Assembly (NCBI GenBank): GCA_013239625.1
Contig: MU053379.1
Coordinates: forward strand, 4,049,229-4,113,228
DNA: 64,000 nt
Origin: Lama guanicoe
Lineage: Eukaryota
Direction: 5' to 3'
The notes under the pieces are model-generated. The model was not told the origin of the DNA and made no database searches. It saw only the letters and a program-made list of their open reading frames with translations. This document shows positions 12,690-24,295 of this stretch, one piece after another (the first letter of the stretch is position 1; each line of letters opens with the position of its first letter). Position numbers and translations under genes: made by a program.

Positions 12690-14929
12690 AATTCTACTTA
12701 ACATTTAAAGAATTAACACCAATCCTTCTCAAACTCTTTGGAAAAATTAAAGAAGAGAGAACACTTTCTAACTCATTCTATGAGACCAGCATCACCTGAT
12801 ACCAAACCCAGACAAAGACACTAAAATAAAAGAAAACCACAGACTGATGTGCCTTATGAATATTGATGTAAGCATCCCCACGAAATACTACTAAGCAGAA
12901 TTAAACAGCATATGAAAATGAGTATACACCATGACTAAGTGGGATTTATTCCTGGAATTCAAGGATGGTTCAATACACAAAAATCAATCAGTGTAATATA
13001 CAGACTGAATGGGAGAACCACATAGAATTATCTCGATGCAGAAAAACCACTTGACAAAATTCAACACTTATTCATGATAAAAATACTTAACAAACTAGGA
13101 AGAGCAGGAAATTCCCTTGATAAAAAAAACATAAATGAAAATCTGACAGCTAACTTCACACTCAACAGTGAAAAACTGAAAGGATTCTCTCTCAGATTAT
13201 GAAAAAGACAAGGATGTCTGCTTTCACCACCTGTAACATACAACTGAAAGTTCTAGCCAAAGAAAAAGGCAAGATGAAGAAGTAAAAAATCCACATCTGA
13301 AAGGAAGAAATAAAATCGTCTATGTCAACAGAGGACATAACCTTATATGTAGAAAACCTTAAAGATCCCACATACACACAAAACTGTTAGGACAGAGAAC
13401 TGAATTAACAAAATTGCAAGATATAAAATCAATACACAAAAATCAACTATGTTTCTATACAATAACAATGAACAATCTGCAAAGGAAATTAAGAAACCAG
13501 TTCCATCTGCAATAGCATCAAAGATAATAAAATACTTAGGAACAAGCTTAGCCAAGAAGGTGAAAGATCTGTACACTGAAAACCATGAAATGTAACTTAA
13601 TTTGCTGAAAGAAATTAAAAAGACACAAATAAATGGAAAGACATCCGTGCTCATGGATTAGAAGATTCAATATTCTGAAGTGGTCAGTAATACCCAAAAT
13701 GATCTACAGATTGAATGTGAACCTTATATAAGTCCCAGCATTTTGGGAGGCAGAAATAGAAAAATCCACCCTAAAATTCATATGGAATCTCAGGAATCCC
13801 AAATAGAGTAACCTGTCTTGGACAAAAGGAAAACAGTAACAAAGTTGGAGGACACACAGTTCCTAATTTCAAGCTTACTACAAAGCTATAGTAATCAAAA
13901 CAGTGTGGCATTGGCATAAAGGCAGACACAAAGACCAATGGAATAAAAGCAGAGACCTCAGAAATAAATCCTTGCATATACAGTAAGATGATTCTCAACA
14001 AGGGTGCCAAGACCATTCAATGGGGTTAGGGCAGTCTTTTCAACAAATATTCACAAAACTGGATATTCACATACAAAATGAATTTGAACCCTTACCTTAA
14101 GCCATATACAAGTAGATCCAAGATCTACAAGCAGTACCTGAAACCATTAAATTCTTAGCAGGAAACGTAGGAGAAAAGCTTCATGGCACTGGATTTGGCC
14201 ATAATTTCTTTGCCATGACACAAAAAGCACTGTCAACAAAAGAAAAAAGTATACAAATTGAAAGTGAAAACCTTGTATTTCGGAGCAAGTCGTAAACACT
14301 ATCAACAGAGTGAAAAGGCAGCCATAGAACGAGAGAAAATATTTGCAAATCATGTGTCCAACAAGGAATTAACATCCAGAAAGTGTGAGCACTCATAACG
14401 CAGCAACCACAAAACAGACAACCCAGCGTGAAAGCAGGCAAAGGACTTGAACTGACATTTCACCCACAGAGAGTGTCAGATGGCAGTAAGCACAGGAAAA
14501 GATGGACCAACAATCATCAAGGGCATGCAAGTGAAACCACACACACATGTCGCTTCACACCCATTAGGGTGGCCGTTAGAAAAAACAAAAAGAGAGAAAA
14601 AACAGAAAATAGCAAGTGTGGACTGCAATGTGCAGAAACTGGGATCTCTGTGCACCGCGGGTGGGGGGGTAAAAGGGTGCTGGTGCTGTGGGAAACAGGG
14701 TGCGATTCCTCAAACAATTAAACATAGAAGCACCTGATGGTCTAGAAACTCCACTCCTGGATATTTACTCACATTAATTGAAACTGGGAACTTGAACAGG
14801 TGCAGAGACACCCACGTTCATAGCAGCATCATTCACAATAGGGACTTAATGCTGTTGACTTACACATTTTAAAATGGTTAAAATGTTAAATTTTGTGTTA
14901 CATATATCTTACCATGGAAAAGAAAAAAA
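12690..14929 (+). mobile_element. Old LINE-1 (L1M-type): degenerate ORF2 (RT to C-terminus) joined to a 3' tip
   Basis: ORF2 motifs (ctcattctatgagaccagcatc, caaggatggttcaa, gatgcagaaaaaccacttgacaaaattcaaca, aagacaaggatgtc, gatctacagattgaatg) with many stops and frameshifts; ends in an L1M-like 3' tip (aaaatggttaaaatgttaaattttgtg) with an A tail. Confidence 0.93.
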
Positions 14930-15995
14930 TGCCATTATGAGTGGGAAGTCTACTCTCACACGTGGGCCCTCCCTCCCCAGGACAGGGCGACGAGAGGAAA
15001 CCCAAGTTAGTGCGTCTCTGTGTGGCTCACGCTGACGCGGACTCTCCCGCCTCTTGCCTCCACCCACGTCGTCCCGCCGGCTTGGGTTTCTCTCCAAGGA
15101 GCGGGAGCCTCTGCGCCCAGCGCGACGGCGTGATCTCGTGGTGGGCGGGGCGTCGCTCCGTCCTTCCTCTGCCTCAGGCGGACCTCGCAGACTCGGAGGC
15201 TTTGTCTTGTGACACAGAGTGGGCTTCGTGAGAGCACGAAGCTCAGACGGGCACTCTGCTATGTGGGTTTGCAGCGACAGCACCTGTGGACGCAGATCCC
15301 AAAGACCAGGGCCTGCAAACTCAAGGGACCGCGATGAGTGGAGACGGTGGGGAGATGCCCGCCGTGTGTGCACCCCACCCAAAGGGGGCAGCCTAAAGAG
15401 ATGGGATTTAGTCTGTCCTCATTTTGTTTTTCAGATGAGCTAGAAAAACATATAATTAGGTGAATATTTATATTTTTACAGGGAGAAAGAATTTAATTTT
15501 AGAAACCGTGGCAAGTGAAACAAAACCCATCTGTGGGGTGAGGATGGCCCTCCAGCCCCAGTCTGCAACCTCTGCCCTGCATGAGCACACTTTATAACAC
15601 TTTATAATGGCATTTCCAGCTCCTCAGTGCCTGGGCACGTGGGGAGCAAGTAACTCATTCCTCTGTGAGAAGAGTGAGCAGGGAGTGGACTTCCGCCTGG
15701 CTGGTTTCCTCCGATCGCTTCTGACCCGAGACCAGCAAACCACATGCTGTTTGGGGAAGAGCTGCGTTTCTTCTAAGGAAAAGATCTTAGAAAAGAGTCA
15801 AATGGATTCCTGTTCTTTCAGATCTCTTTTTCGTTCTCTTCTTGTGACTCACAATTGTGGTGGCACATGGTGATGGAACCTGGTTGTTCTAGAAACTTCC
15901 TGAAGCAGCAGTTGCCACCTCCTGCCCTTTGGCCTTGGACCACATGGCACAGGCTACGAGTGTTCAGGCATCTTTTGGTCTCAAGAGCCAAGGCT

Positions 15996-16132
15996 GGGGG
16001 AGGAGGGTACAGCTCAGTGGTAGAGCGCATTCCTAGCACGCATGAGGTCCGGGATTCAATCCCCAGTCCCTCCACTAAAATAAATAAATAAATAAATAAA
16101 CCTAATTACCACACACCCCCCAAAATAATATT
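15996..16132 (+). mobile_element. tRNA-derived SINE (camelid Vic-1-like) with TSD
   Basis: A box (agctcagtggtagag), B box (gattcaatccc), (TAAA)n-CCTAATTACC tail; TSD AAGAGCCAAGG (15983-15993) / AAAAGCCAAGG (16133-16143). Confidence 0.93.
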
Positions 16133-16551
16133 AAAAGCCAAGGTCATTTCTCATTATCCGTTCCTCAGAAGAAAAGGTCACCCTTTCCAGAACAGCGTTC
16201 AGTTTGGTATGCTCAGGTCAGGGCTGTGATGCTGAAACAACCAGACATGGGCTGGGTCAGGTTGCAGCTGATTTTTCCCCTCTTGCAAGTTTTCGATGAT
16301 CTCCCAGGCTCCTACAACTTCTGCTTTTGAAGGGATAAATTTGAGATGAAAGGAGTAGACCACTCACTCTTACCTGGAAGTTCTGGAAGTTCTAGAAAGT
16401 TTTAAACGTACCACCTTCCTGTTATTTTTTCCACGCACGAAACCCTGAGGAGATGCAGAGTTAAAATTATGATATTCAGTCTCATCAAGTTGCTTCTCCT
16501 CCTTGGCCTCCTGTGTCCTCTCTGTGGCCCTGCTGGGGTCCCCCCTTGACC

Positions 16552-17103
16552 TGTGAGGTAGTGAGATAGAAGTGAGCCCTGGGCAGGGGCAGAGGACGGG
16601 GAAAGGAACCACCCGGAAGATAACGGTGTGTCTGCAGTCAGGACCAGGGACTCCAGAAATGTCTACCTTCTCTAAGTAAAGGCCAGCAGAAGCAGCCAGC
16701 TAGAATTATAATGCTGCGGCTGCGCGTAAGAGAAGGACCCGGTGTAACCTGACCCAGTGAAGCTGCCCACAAGGGCATGGGCGTGAGCGTGCCAGGGCGC
16801 GGGGACCCTGAGCTGGCGGTCAGCCTGACGGCTCAAAGAACCTGAGCTGATGATCAGCAATCAATCACAGAAACGCCCCTGAGCCAGGAAACAAGATGGA
16901 CCCACAAAGGCGTGGCGCCGTCTTTCCTCGGGTAGACCGGCCACTCCTAGTTCTCGGGGGGGGGGGGTACTGTCTTTTACTACCTTTTTCTCTTTACTAA
17001 TAAAAATCTTGCTTAGCTCACATTTTATGTCTCTCGTTAAAAATTCTTTTTCTTTGGGGGACTAAGAACCAAGGTAATTCTTATGTCCCTTTTCCCGGTA
17101 ACT
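16552..17103 (+). mobile_element. Solo ERV LTR (probably ERV1 class)
   Basis: TG start, ...GGTAACT end (terminal CA apparently mutated), AATAAA at 16999-17004 followed by U5-like sequence, 4-bp TSD GACC (16548-16551 / 17104-17107). Confidence 0.8.
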
Positions 17104-17879
17104 GACCTACCCCGGCACCTGTGATTAGGGTCAAGTGACCTCATGTGTGTAAACCCCTGTGATACAAAACCCGATGGCCTCGGACGTCTAAGTGCATTGT
17201 TGCGAAGTAATAATGCGGATTCCTCAAGCCATTCATGGACCCCGTGTAATGACCCCACATGATGTACCACATTTGCGGTTTTCCTAAAGTCACATTTCTC
17301 TGCTCATCGGTCACACCTGCTGTGTGACCACGGCGTGGGAAGGAAGTTGCATCTCCTCGAGGGTGAGCATGTGCAAACGTGCCAACAAGCCCTTTTCTGA
17401 GCCGCCCTGTTGTGTTCCAACGATGCCCTGGAGTCCCGATGGCCGTCCTCTTCCTGCAGGTGAGGAGCTCCGCGAAGTTGGAGCAAAGGTCACCCCTGCT
17501 CCTTCCACGGGGCATGAACCTGGCCTGTGGCACCGGCACCAGGGAGCCCCGCTGAGTCTGAGACAGTAAGCCCTGGGCCGAGGCGCCTGGGCCGCGCTGG
17601 GTCAGCGCCTGGACTTGCTTGTGTTTGCTCGCTGGTTCACGCTTCCTGGCTGTGCGGGCGGAGTGGCTCAGACTCTCTGCACGGGGAGAAAACCAACCTT
17701 GAACCCCAGGTTCCGAAGTGTCATCTCAAATAACGAGCATCCGAGGAGCCAGGCTTCCTGAGAATTCAGCTGGAACTTTCCAGAAAAAAAGGACATTGTG
17801 TTTTGGAAGCGGGTCTACGGAGAATGCCCCTTGTTTGGAGTGAATTTAAAGAAATGAGCCCTTGGCTTCCTTCTGCAGC

Positions 17880-18460
17880 AGGAAGCAGCCGGTTTGGCTT
17901 CGCTTTTTCCAAAGGCCTCCGGCCCCGCTTTGCCCGCCGCGGGCCGTGAAGGCAGGCGCGCGCCGGCGCCCGAGGGCGAGGCGGCTGACCGCGCATGCGC
18001 CGTCTCCGCGGGGCGCGCGGCTCCGGAAGCCGAAGCCGGGCGACACTAGCGGCCGCCGACCTCCGCCTCCGCGCTGGCGCCCGGCCTCGCGGGAGGGGCG
18101 ATCGCCTTCCGCGGCGACACGCCTTGTTAAGACGAGAGCCCGTGTGCTGGGTTACTCCGATCACCGCCGCCCTCCGCTGTGACCCGCCGTTTCCTCCGCG
18201 CAGCGAGCGCGCCGAGAGGGCGCCGATCCGAAGCCGCGCGTGTAACCGTGTCCCTGTGGGACGTGCCAGCCCTGCCTCCCCCCGGCCCGTCCGCACCGAG
18301 TCGTGCTTCGCCTCCTCGTCCGTCTTGCTTCTGAGGACCTCACACGGGGCCGGAGGCGGGGTGAGGGAGACAGACTTTAGTTCCTGGGCCGTCAGCCTTT
18401 ACTGGGCGCCAGCCGCGTGCTCGGCGCTGTCATGGCCCCGGCGGTGCCCAGGCAGGAGGC
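17880..18460. promoter_or_regulatory. CpG-island promoter, possibly bidirectional
   Basis: Very CpG-dense; NRF1 palindrome GCGCATGCGC at 17991-18000; ETS/GABP CCGGAAG at 18023-18029; no TATA box. Confidence 0.8.
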
Positions 18461-19298
18461 GCCTCCATCCAGCACGGGCCACACTCTTGGACAAAGGGCA
18501 GAAACAAGAGCGTGGAGAACCTCCGGATTCTTCTCTTCGCCCGAACACAGCACCCACCCGCGTCTGCCCGCAGCCACGGGGCAGCGGTGCGGACGCCACA
18601 GACGGGGGACCGTGCACCCTAGGGATGGGGCCGGATGGGGCCTGATGGGGAAAGAGGCAGAAAAAGGTGTGGAGATTGTAACCTTGTTATAGCCAGGAAA
18701 CTCGCACAACTCTCGTGACCTGCAGCAAATGCTGACTGCAGGCACGTTACAGGTCGAGACGCAGGAGGGCAGGTGAGGACCGGGAGGAAGCAGACCAGCA
18801 GACAGCCCTGGAGGACAGAACACAGCCCGAGGAAAAGATGAGACTGGGTCTCTCGGGCTGAGCGCAGCCTCGCCGCCGGGGAGGACGAGGAAGAGGCCAC
18901 TTGGACATTTGGGCTGCAAGGCACCTCCTCCCGTCTTGAGGGCACTTCAGGTGCACCTGGAAAACGCTCCTTCCCCGTCTGCGGGACCGCGGGGTCCCTG
19001 CCTTTGCCTGGAACAGCCCTCGGTGTGGTCCAGGGTCTTCTGTCCTCACCCACCTGCTGTGACCCCACAGGGCATGACCACCCACACGCTGCTTCCCTAG
19101 GCTCCAGACATGAGAGGGAGGCTTCTGGGCATGACCGGGAGCCGTGGCTGAGGTTTGCTCCCCCGCCAGGTCCTCCATTCCTGTCCTGTTTTCTGTCCAG
19201 GTCCCATTACGCTGAAGTTAACCCACGTGACTTCTGCAGCATGTGACTAAGGGTGCTGCAGGGCTGCAGGGGTCTTCGAAAACCAAAACGGTTCTCCT

Positions 19299-19894
19299 GA
19301 ACTCTAATTCGAAAAGATACCTGCACCCCAGTGTTCACAGCAGCACTATTTACAACAGCCAAGACATGGGGACAGACTAATGTCCATCGACAGATGACTG
19401 GATAAAGAAGATATGGGATATTTATACAATGGAATACTGTTCAGCCATGAAAATAAAAAATAATGCCATTTGCAGCAACATGGATGGAACTGGAGACCGT
19501 CATTCTAAGTGAAGTCAGCCAGAAAGAGAAAGAAAAATACCACATGATATCACTCATATGTGGAATTTAAAAAAAGGGGGGGGGGAAGAGGACCCTAATG
19601 AACTCATCTCAAAAACAGAAACAGACTCACAGACATAATAAACTGTCTTATGGTTCCTGGGGGAGTGGGGGTAAGAAGGGATAAATTTAGGGGTTCGAGA
19701 TTTGCAAATGTTAGCCACAATATATAAAAAAGATTTAAAAGTTATTCTGTGTAGCACAGGGAACTATATTCAACATCTTGTAATAACCTGTAATGAAAAA
19801 GAATAAGAAAATGACTGTGTGTGTGTGCATGACCGGGACACTGTGCTGTAACCAGACATTGACACACTGTAACCGACTGCACTTCAATTTAAAA
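19299..19894 (+). mobile_element. Relatively young 5'-truncated LINE-1 3' end with TSD
   Basis: ORF2 end (gatacctgcaccccagtgttcacagcagcac, gcagcaacatggatggaactgg) plus 3' UTR ending acttcaatttaaaaaaaa; flanks AAAACGGTTCTCCT / AAAATCGTTCTCCT. Confidence 0.93.
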
Positions 19895-19963
19895 AAAATC
19901 GTTCTCCTTTGTGGTGTTGGCCACTGAGAATCAGAAAACAATAAATGAGTGTCCAGTCACCAG

Positions 19964-19976
19964 CCACTTGGTGGCG
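19964..19976 (+). promoter_or_regulatory. CTCF-type motif
   Basis: CCACTTGGTGGCG, one change from the CCACTAGGTGGCG core. Confidence 0.45.
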
Positions 19977-22900
19977 TAACTCCACCTGTGCATGAGGGTC
20001 CCCACCTGACCTGAGGTCCTTCCTGTCACCATGAGGGGCCCGAGTCTGGCTCCAGGGCGGGAGGGCAGGCGTGCCAGACGGAGTGGAGTGGTTCCAGACA
20101 AAGTGGAGGCCATGCCAGCGAGAACGGAACAGGGGCCTTCATGGGGGACGAGACACAACCTGGGGCCACAGAGATGCAGGCACGTTTTGCGTGAGGTTTA
20201 CAAAGGAATTATGAGAGCATAAACCGATTTTGCTAAAATGTGAAATGAAAAAGGAAAAGACACACTTACTCTGATATGTTTTGTTCTAATAGAATGGAAA
20301 AAAAAAGTGTATGTACACAAGAGCTTGGAGTGACATTGGGTGAAAGTCTGAGTGACGGTTTTTATCTGTGTTCCCCTTTGATGTGGGACCTTACTCTTCT
20401 ATAATGAGCATGAACCTCTCCTAGAAAGGAGGAGAAAGTCTTTGAAAATTGAAGTCTCTCAAGAGTAAAGGACAGAAAGCCTGGGAAGGGAAGTGTTTAT
20501 AAACAGAACACTTTGCTTGGTGAAACTTCAGATGATTTGCGTGTGTGCGGCTTCCCTCAGGATGTGGCCGCTCCGGGCCGGCTCCCAACTGGGATCTGCA
20601 CGCGGGCAGAGCTCCAGCCGAGCCCCCCGGAGCTGGGGCAGATTGAGAAATTCACCTGGAGAGAAGAGGCACCACCTGGATGTCCTCAGCTGTCCATACA
20701 CAATGCTTTTGCTTTTTTTTTAATGTCCCTCAGGAGTAGCATCTTTATAATAGCCAGTGAGGGATACAGCTGTTCCTAAATTTAAACACAAAAAGACACA
20801 AAGGCTTCTAAAGCCGGCGCCCTGGTCTCTCTCTGACGGGAAAGAATCCGGGGAACAATGCGTGTGTTGGCAGAGGGAGGTTTTATGCGGCAGCTGCTGG
20901 AGAGCCGGGCTGGGACGACCTTCCCCACTCTTCTCACTTGCAGGAGAACCTGCAGCAGCCTCTACAGAAAAGGAGGCAGGGCACTGAGGGCGACAGCCAC
21001 TCACCTGCAGATCTCCCGGGGACCCCGCGCCCTGTGCTGAGGGTGTGAGTGTGGCCACTTGGCTTTCAGTTTTATGTAGTAAATGAGCTGTATTTTCAGA
21101 GGGTGCTTTGAATTCCCACCGACTTACAAGTAAGTGTCTTGCCTGAAGTGAGCGCTGCTGCTCTGAGCGCCCTCGGCGTTCCTCTCCAGGGACTCTGCAT
21201 TCTCTGGGAGTTGATGGGCTGCACCAAGGGAAGCAACTGAGGCACGTAAAGGGGAAAGGACGCAGTGCACAGAACGCGGCCACGCTCATCCCTCCCCTGG
21301 GAGGCAGGCCGCTCCAGCACGCCGGTGCCCGGTCCAAGACTCATGCAGGCACCGTGTCCACTGCAGCTCTCTCTGTCACTCAACCAGAACCGGCCTTGTA
21401 ATGAGATGCCCTTGGCGATTGCTGCCAAGTGGTCGGTTACCCCAGAGGTGAACACTCTGAGCTGCCTGCACTTCCCACAGTTTGTTAAAATTACCGGCAA
21501 AGGGGGAGACTCCAGGGGGTAGAAGCTGCTAGTCATTTGCCGACATGCGTTTGCTCCTTCCTTCGTCCGAGGCGCAGATGTGGCCTCCTCTCCCTTGCAG
21601 GGTCTGTGGGCACATCTGTCTGAACAGTGGGATGTGAGCAGAGAGGATGCCGGCTTTTCCTCCTTTGCACTGGCCAAGAAGGACTCATGCAGCTCCCGTG
21701 CACCCAGGGACAGAGGGCGGGCTTTGAGAACAGGCCCCTGCACAGCTGAGTGCGGAAGGAATAACTCCCTGTGGACCAGCCGCGGCCCCTGAGGCCTCCC
21801 GGCTGTAGCACTTCACCTGCACCTCCACCAACACTTGCGGCCAGAGGGACAGCCCCCTGCCCTGCTCTTCCTGGACCCTGTGCGGTGGTCCTACTCTCGT
21901 AAGCTCAAGGCTTGAGAAAATGAAACAGGCTTGTTTCTTCTAACAACATCCAGCATTGCTGGATTGGAATGAACAGCGAAAAAGAAGTGAGTGCAAGCAA
22001 GTAAGAACTCAGGAGCAGAGGAGTTACCCCACACCTGCCTTTGACACGTGTGGCCCAGGACTTTGAAGGAGGCCCGGCCTCCCCGAGCTCCTGCACAGTT
22101 TGCCCTTCGCCCAAGTTCTTCCAGGTAATTCATTTTTCTCACTGGAGTCGAACTGGAAGTAACTTTTAGATGCAAACCTGTGTGATCTGACCTGTTTTCA
22201 TTCCTGCCCAGGTGACTTTGTTTGCTGACTCTCAAAGCAACTTTCTTTGATGTTGGAGATTGTCAGTGTCTCTTGAGTTTTCCTTCTGATAAACGGAAAC
22301 AGACGAGCTAGGCTGAGTTCATCACTCAATCGAAATGAACATCTTTTTGGAAAAACCCACTTATAAATATCCCCCCTCCGTTGGCTGGCCTTGCTCTGAC
22401 CGGGGGCAGGAGGCGCAGTGCACCTGGGCTGGGGTGCAGATGCTGTGTCTTCCACGGGGGGGATCCGGCCCTCCTCCTAAGTGTGAAAGGTCTTCCGTTT
22501 GTCATTCACGATTTCTTGGTGACAGAGGCGAGAATGTGGATAAGTTCGTCATGTTTTCTAACACCTGCTCTTTGGACAAATAATTGCCCACATTTTTTAA
22601 GTCCAGGTGGGAGACAAACACGGGAGAGGCTTGGAGAGCAACACGGTGCTTCTCCTCCCAGCCTGGGCTTCCGTCCCCACCGCAGTGGCACCCCTCCCCG
22701 CAGAAGGTCCCCAGAAGGTCCCATCGCTTGCTGCTCCTTCCTGCTGATGACCCGACGGTGACACAGCAGAGAGCGTCACCGTCCATCTGTCCATCCTGTG
22801 TCCATTTTCTGCCGTTTTTGTTGACCGAGGGAAAAGAAATCGGTGGGAGGCCCCCAAATGCCGTTTTGGCTAAATATGTGAGAAGCTGGAGTCTTGCCCA

Positions 22901-24206
22901 GAGGCTGGCAGCTGAGCAGAGAGCTCAAAAGTCAATACGATGACCTAAACCGGAACCGGGAAGCCGCCAAGCCCAGCTGAGAAGAACGGGCAGGTGCGTA
23001 TTCGATTGCGATTGTCTTTGCCACAAAAGATCCTACTTGTTTCAAGTCACTGTTTGAAGTGCAGTTCTTCTGTTGTCTTAATCTGCGTGCGAGCGCAAAC
23101 CTCCTGAGAACAAGGGCTCGTCTGATTTGTTCTAGACTAGACGCCGCCCGCGCCCTGCTGGGGGCTGAGCCTGCCCCCCCCCCACCGCCGCTGCGCCCTG
23201 GGACCACCTCCCGGGGAAGCTGCCTGCATTCACACCCCCGCGAAGGCCACTTCTGGGGCAGCCTGAACCAGGGTCTCACACACTGGCGCACGCACACACG
23301 CGCGTACATTTTAACCGGACTCCAGGCACAAGAGCAGATACATGGAAATACAGTTTCTTCCGTTTTCGTGACAACGTAATTATTATTTACTCCCGCTCCA
23401 TTTGGAGTCTAACGGAAACGGGCCGCTCCAGCATCCCCGCGCGTGCTCCCGGCGTGGGTGCAGTGGGGGCCTCCAGCGCGGTGTCAGCAGCGGGGTCTGG
23501 GGGCTCCCGGGCGGGCCGTCACTTCCACCGCTCGCTGCGGCTTCCTCCCTCCCTGGGCCTCCAGGACTCAGCCTTGGGCTTCCTGAGTGGGCCCTCAGGT
23601 CCGCTGGACGTGCTCCCAGGAGGAGCTGGCATGGGGCGGGGGGAGCGGGGCAGGGAAGGGCAGAAAGGCAAGTCCGGGAGGGCCTTCTGGCAAAATCCCG
23701 GCCTTAGCTGAGCCCCCTGGGAACTCTGTGAATTACACTTCAGAGGTTTTGGGCCAAGGGGGCTGTGGGCGGTCATCCCTCTCTGTATGTTCGAGGACGT
23801 TCCGGTGCTGGTAAAAAGCATCCAAGGGGCTCCGGCCAGGCTCCAGGGCCAACCACCCACTGCAGAGCTCAGCCCAGGAGCCGCGTGTCCGCACCTGGGG
23901 CTTCTCTGCCCCATCGCGAGCGTTGGATTCTGACTGTCCGAGAGGATGCCCAGCTTAAAGCCTTTGAAATGGGGACCATGACGGAGACCCAGCCCCCATA
24001 GTTTCATGTAAACAGTAAAAAATACTTGCAGTGTGAAAGCCACTATGAATCACGACTGTACGATTCCCATTTCCCCAGTTTTCAGTTCCGTGAACATTTC
24101 AGCCACCCAAGCACACGCACCTGTACAGCAACGGCAGCAGCCCCACCCGCCGCAGGGTCACCACGCCGGCTCCGGGGGGGCGGCCCCCCCCGGTGTCTTA
24201 CACTGT

Positions 24207-24295
24207 CTTAATGGACGTGCTGGGGACTGAACCCAGGACCCGTGTGTGCTACGCACTCGCTCCACCTCTGAGCTCTACCCTCTGCCACCTCCCCC
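24207..24295 (-). mobile_element. tRNA-derived SINE, diverged
   Basis: Antisense B box (ggggactgaacccaggacc) and A box (ctgagctctaccc). Confidence 0.8.

Larger units (their letters stand above)
10714..16444 (-). pseudogene. Candidate decayed multi-exon gene or spliced lncRNA (exon candidates 16444-16374, 15899-15853, 12233-12196, ~11221/11211-11161, 10761-10714)
   Basis: AG acceptors paired with GTAAGA, GTGAGT, GTGAGT, GTAATG and GTGAGT donors. The first three exons join in one open frame; the 10761-10714 exon has an in-frame TAG. Product not recognised. Confidence 0.3.

Noticed and set aside
15996..16080. tRNA gene
   Set aside because: A and B boxes are present, but an A-rich SINE tail, a TSD and several diverged paralogues in the window identify it as a SINE.
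17766..19178. Overlapping Arg/Pro/Ala/Gly-rich ORFs in CpG islands (also at 8.4-9.6 and 37.3-38.9 kb)
   Set aside because: Open on several frames and both strands owing to GC content; no family recognised.
24172..24193. G7/C8 hairpin resembling a terminator
   Set aside because: Low-complexity homopolymer stem with no U tract, in a eukaryotic context.
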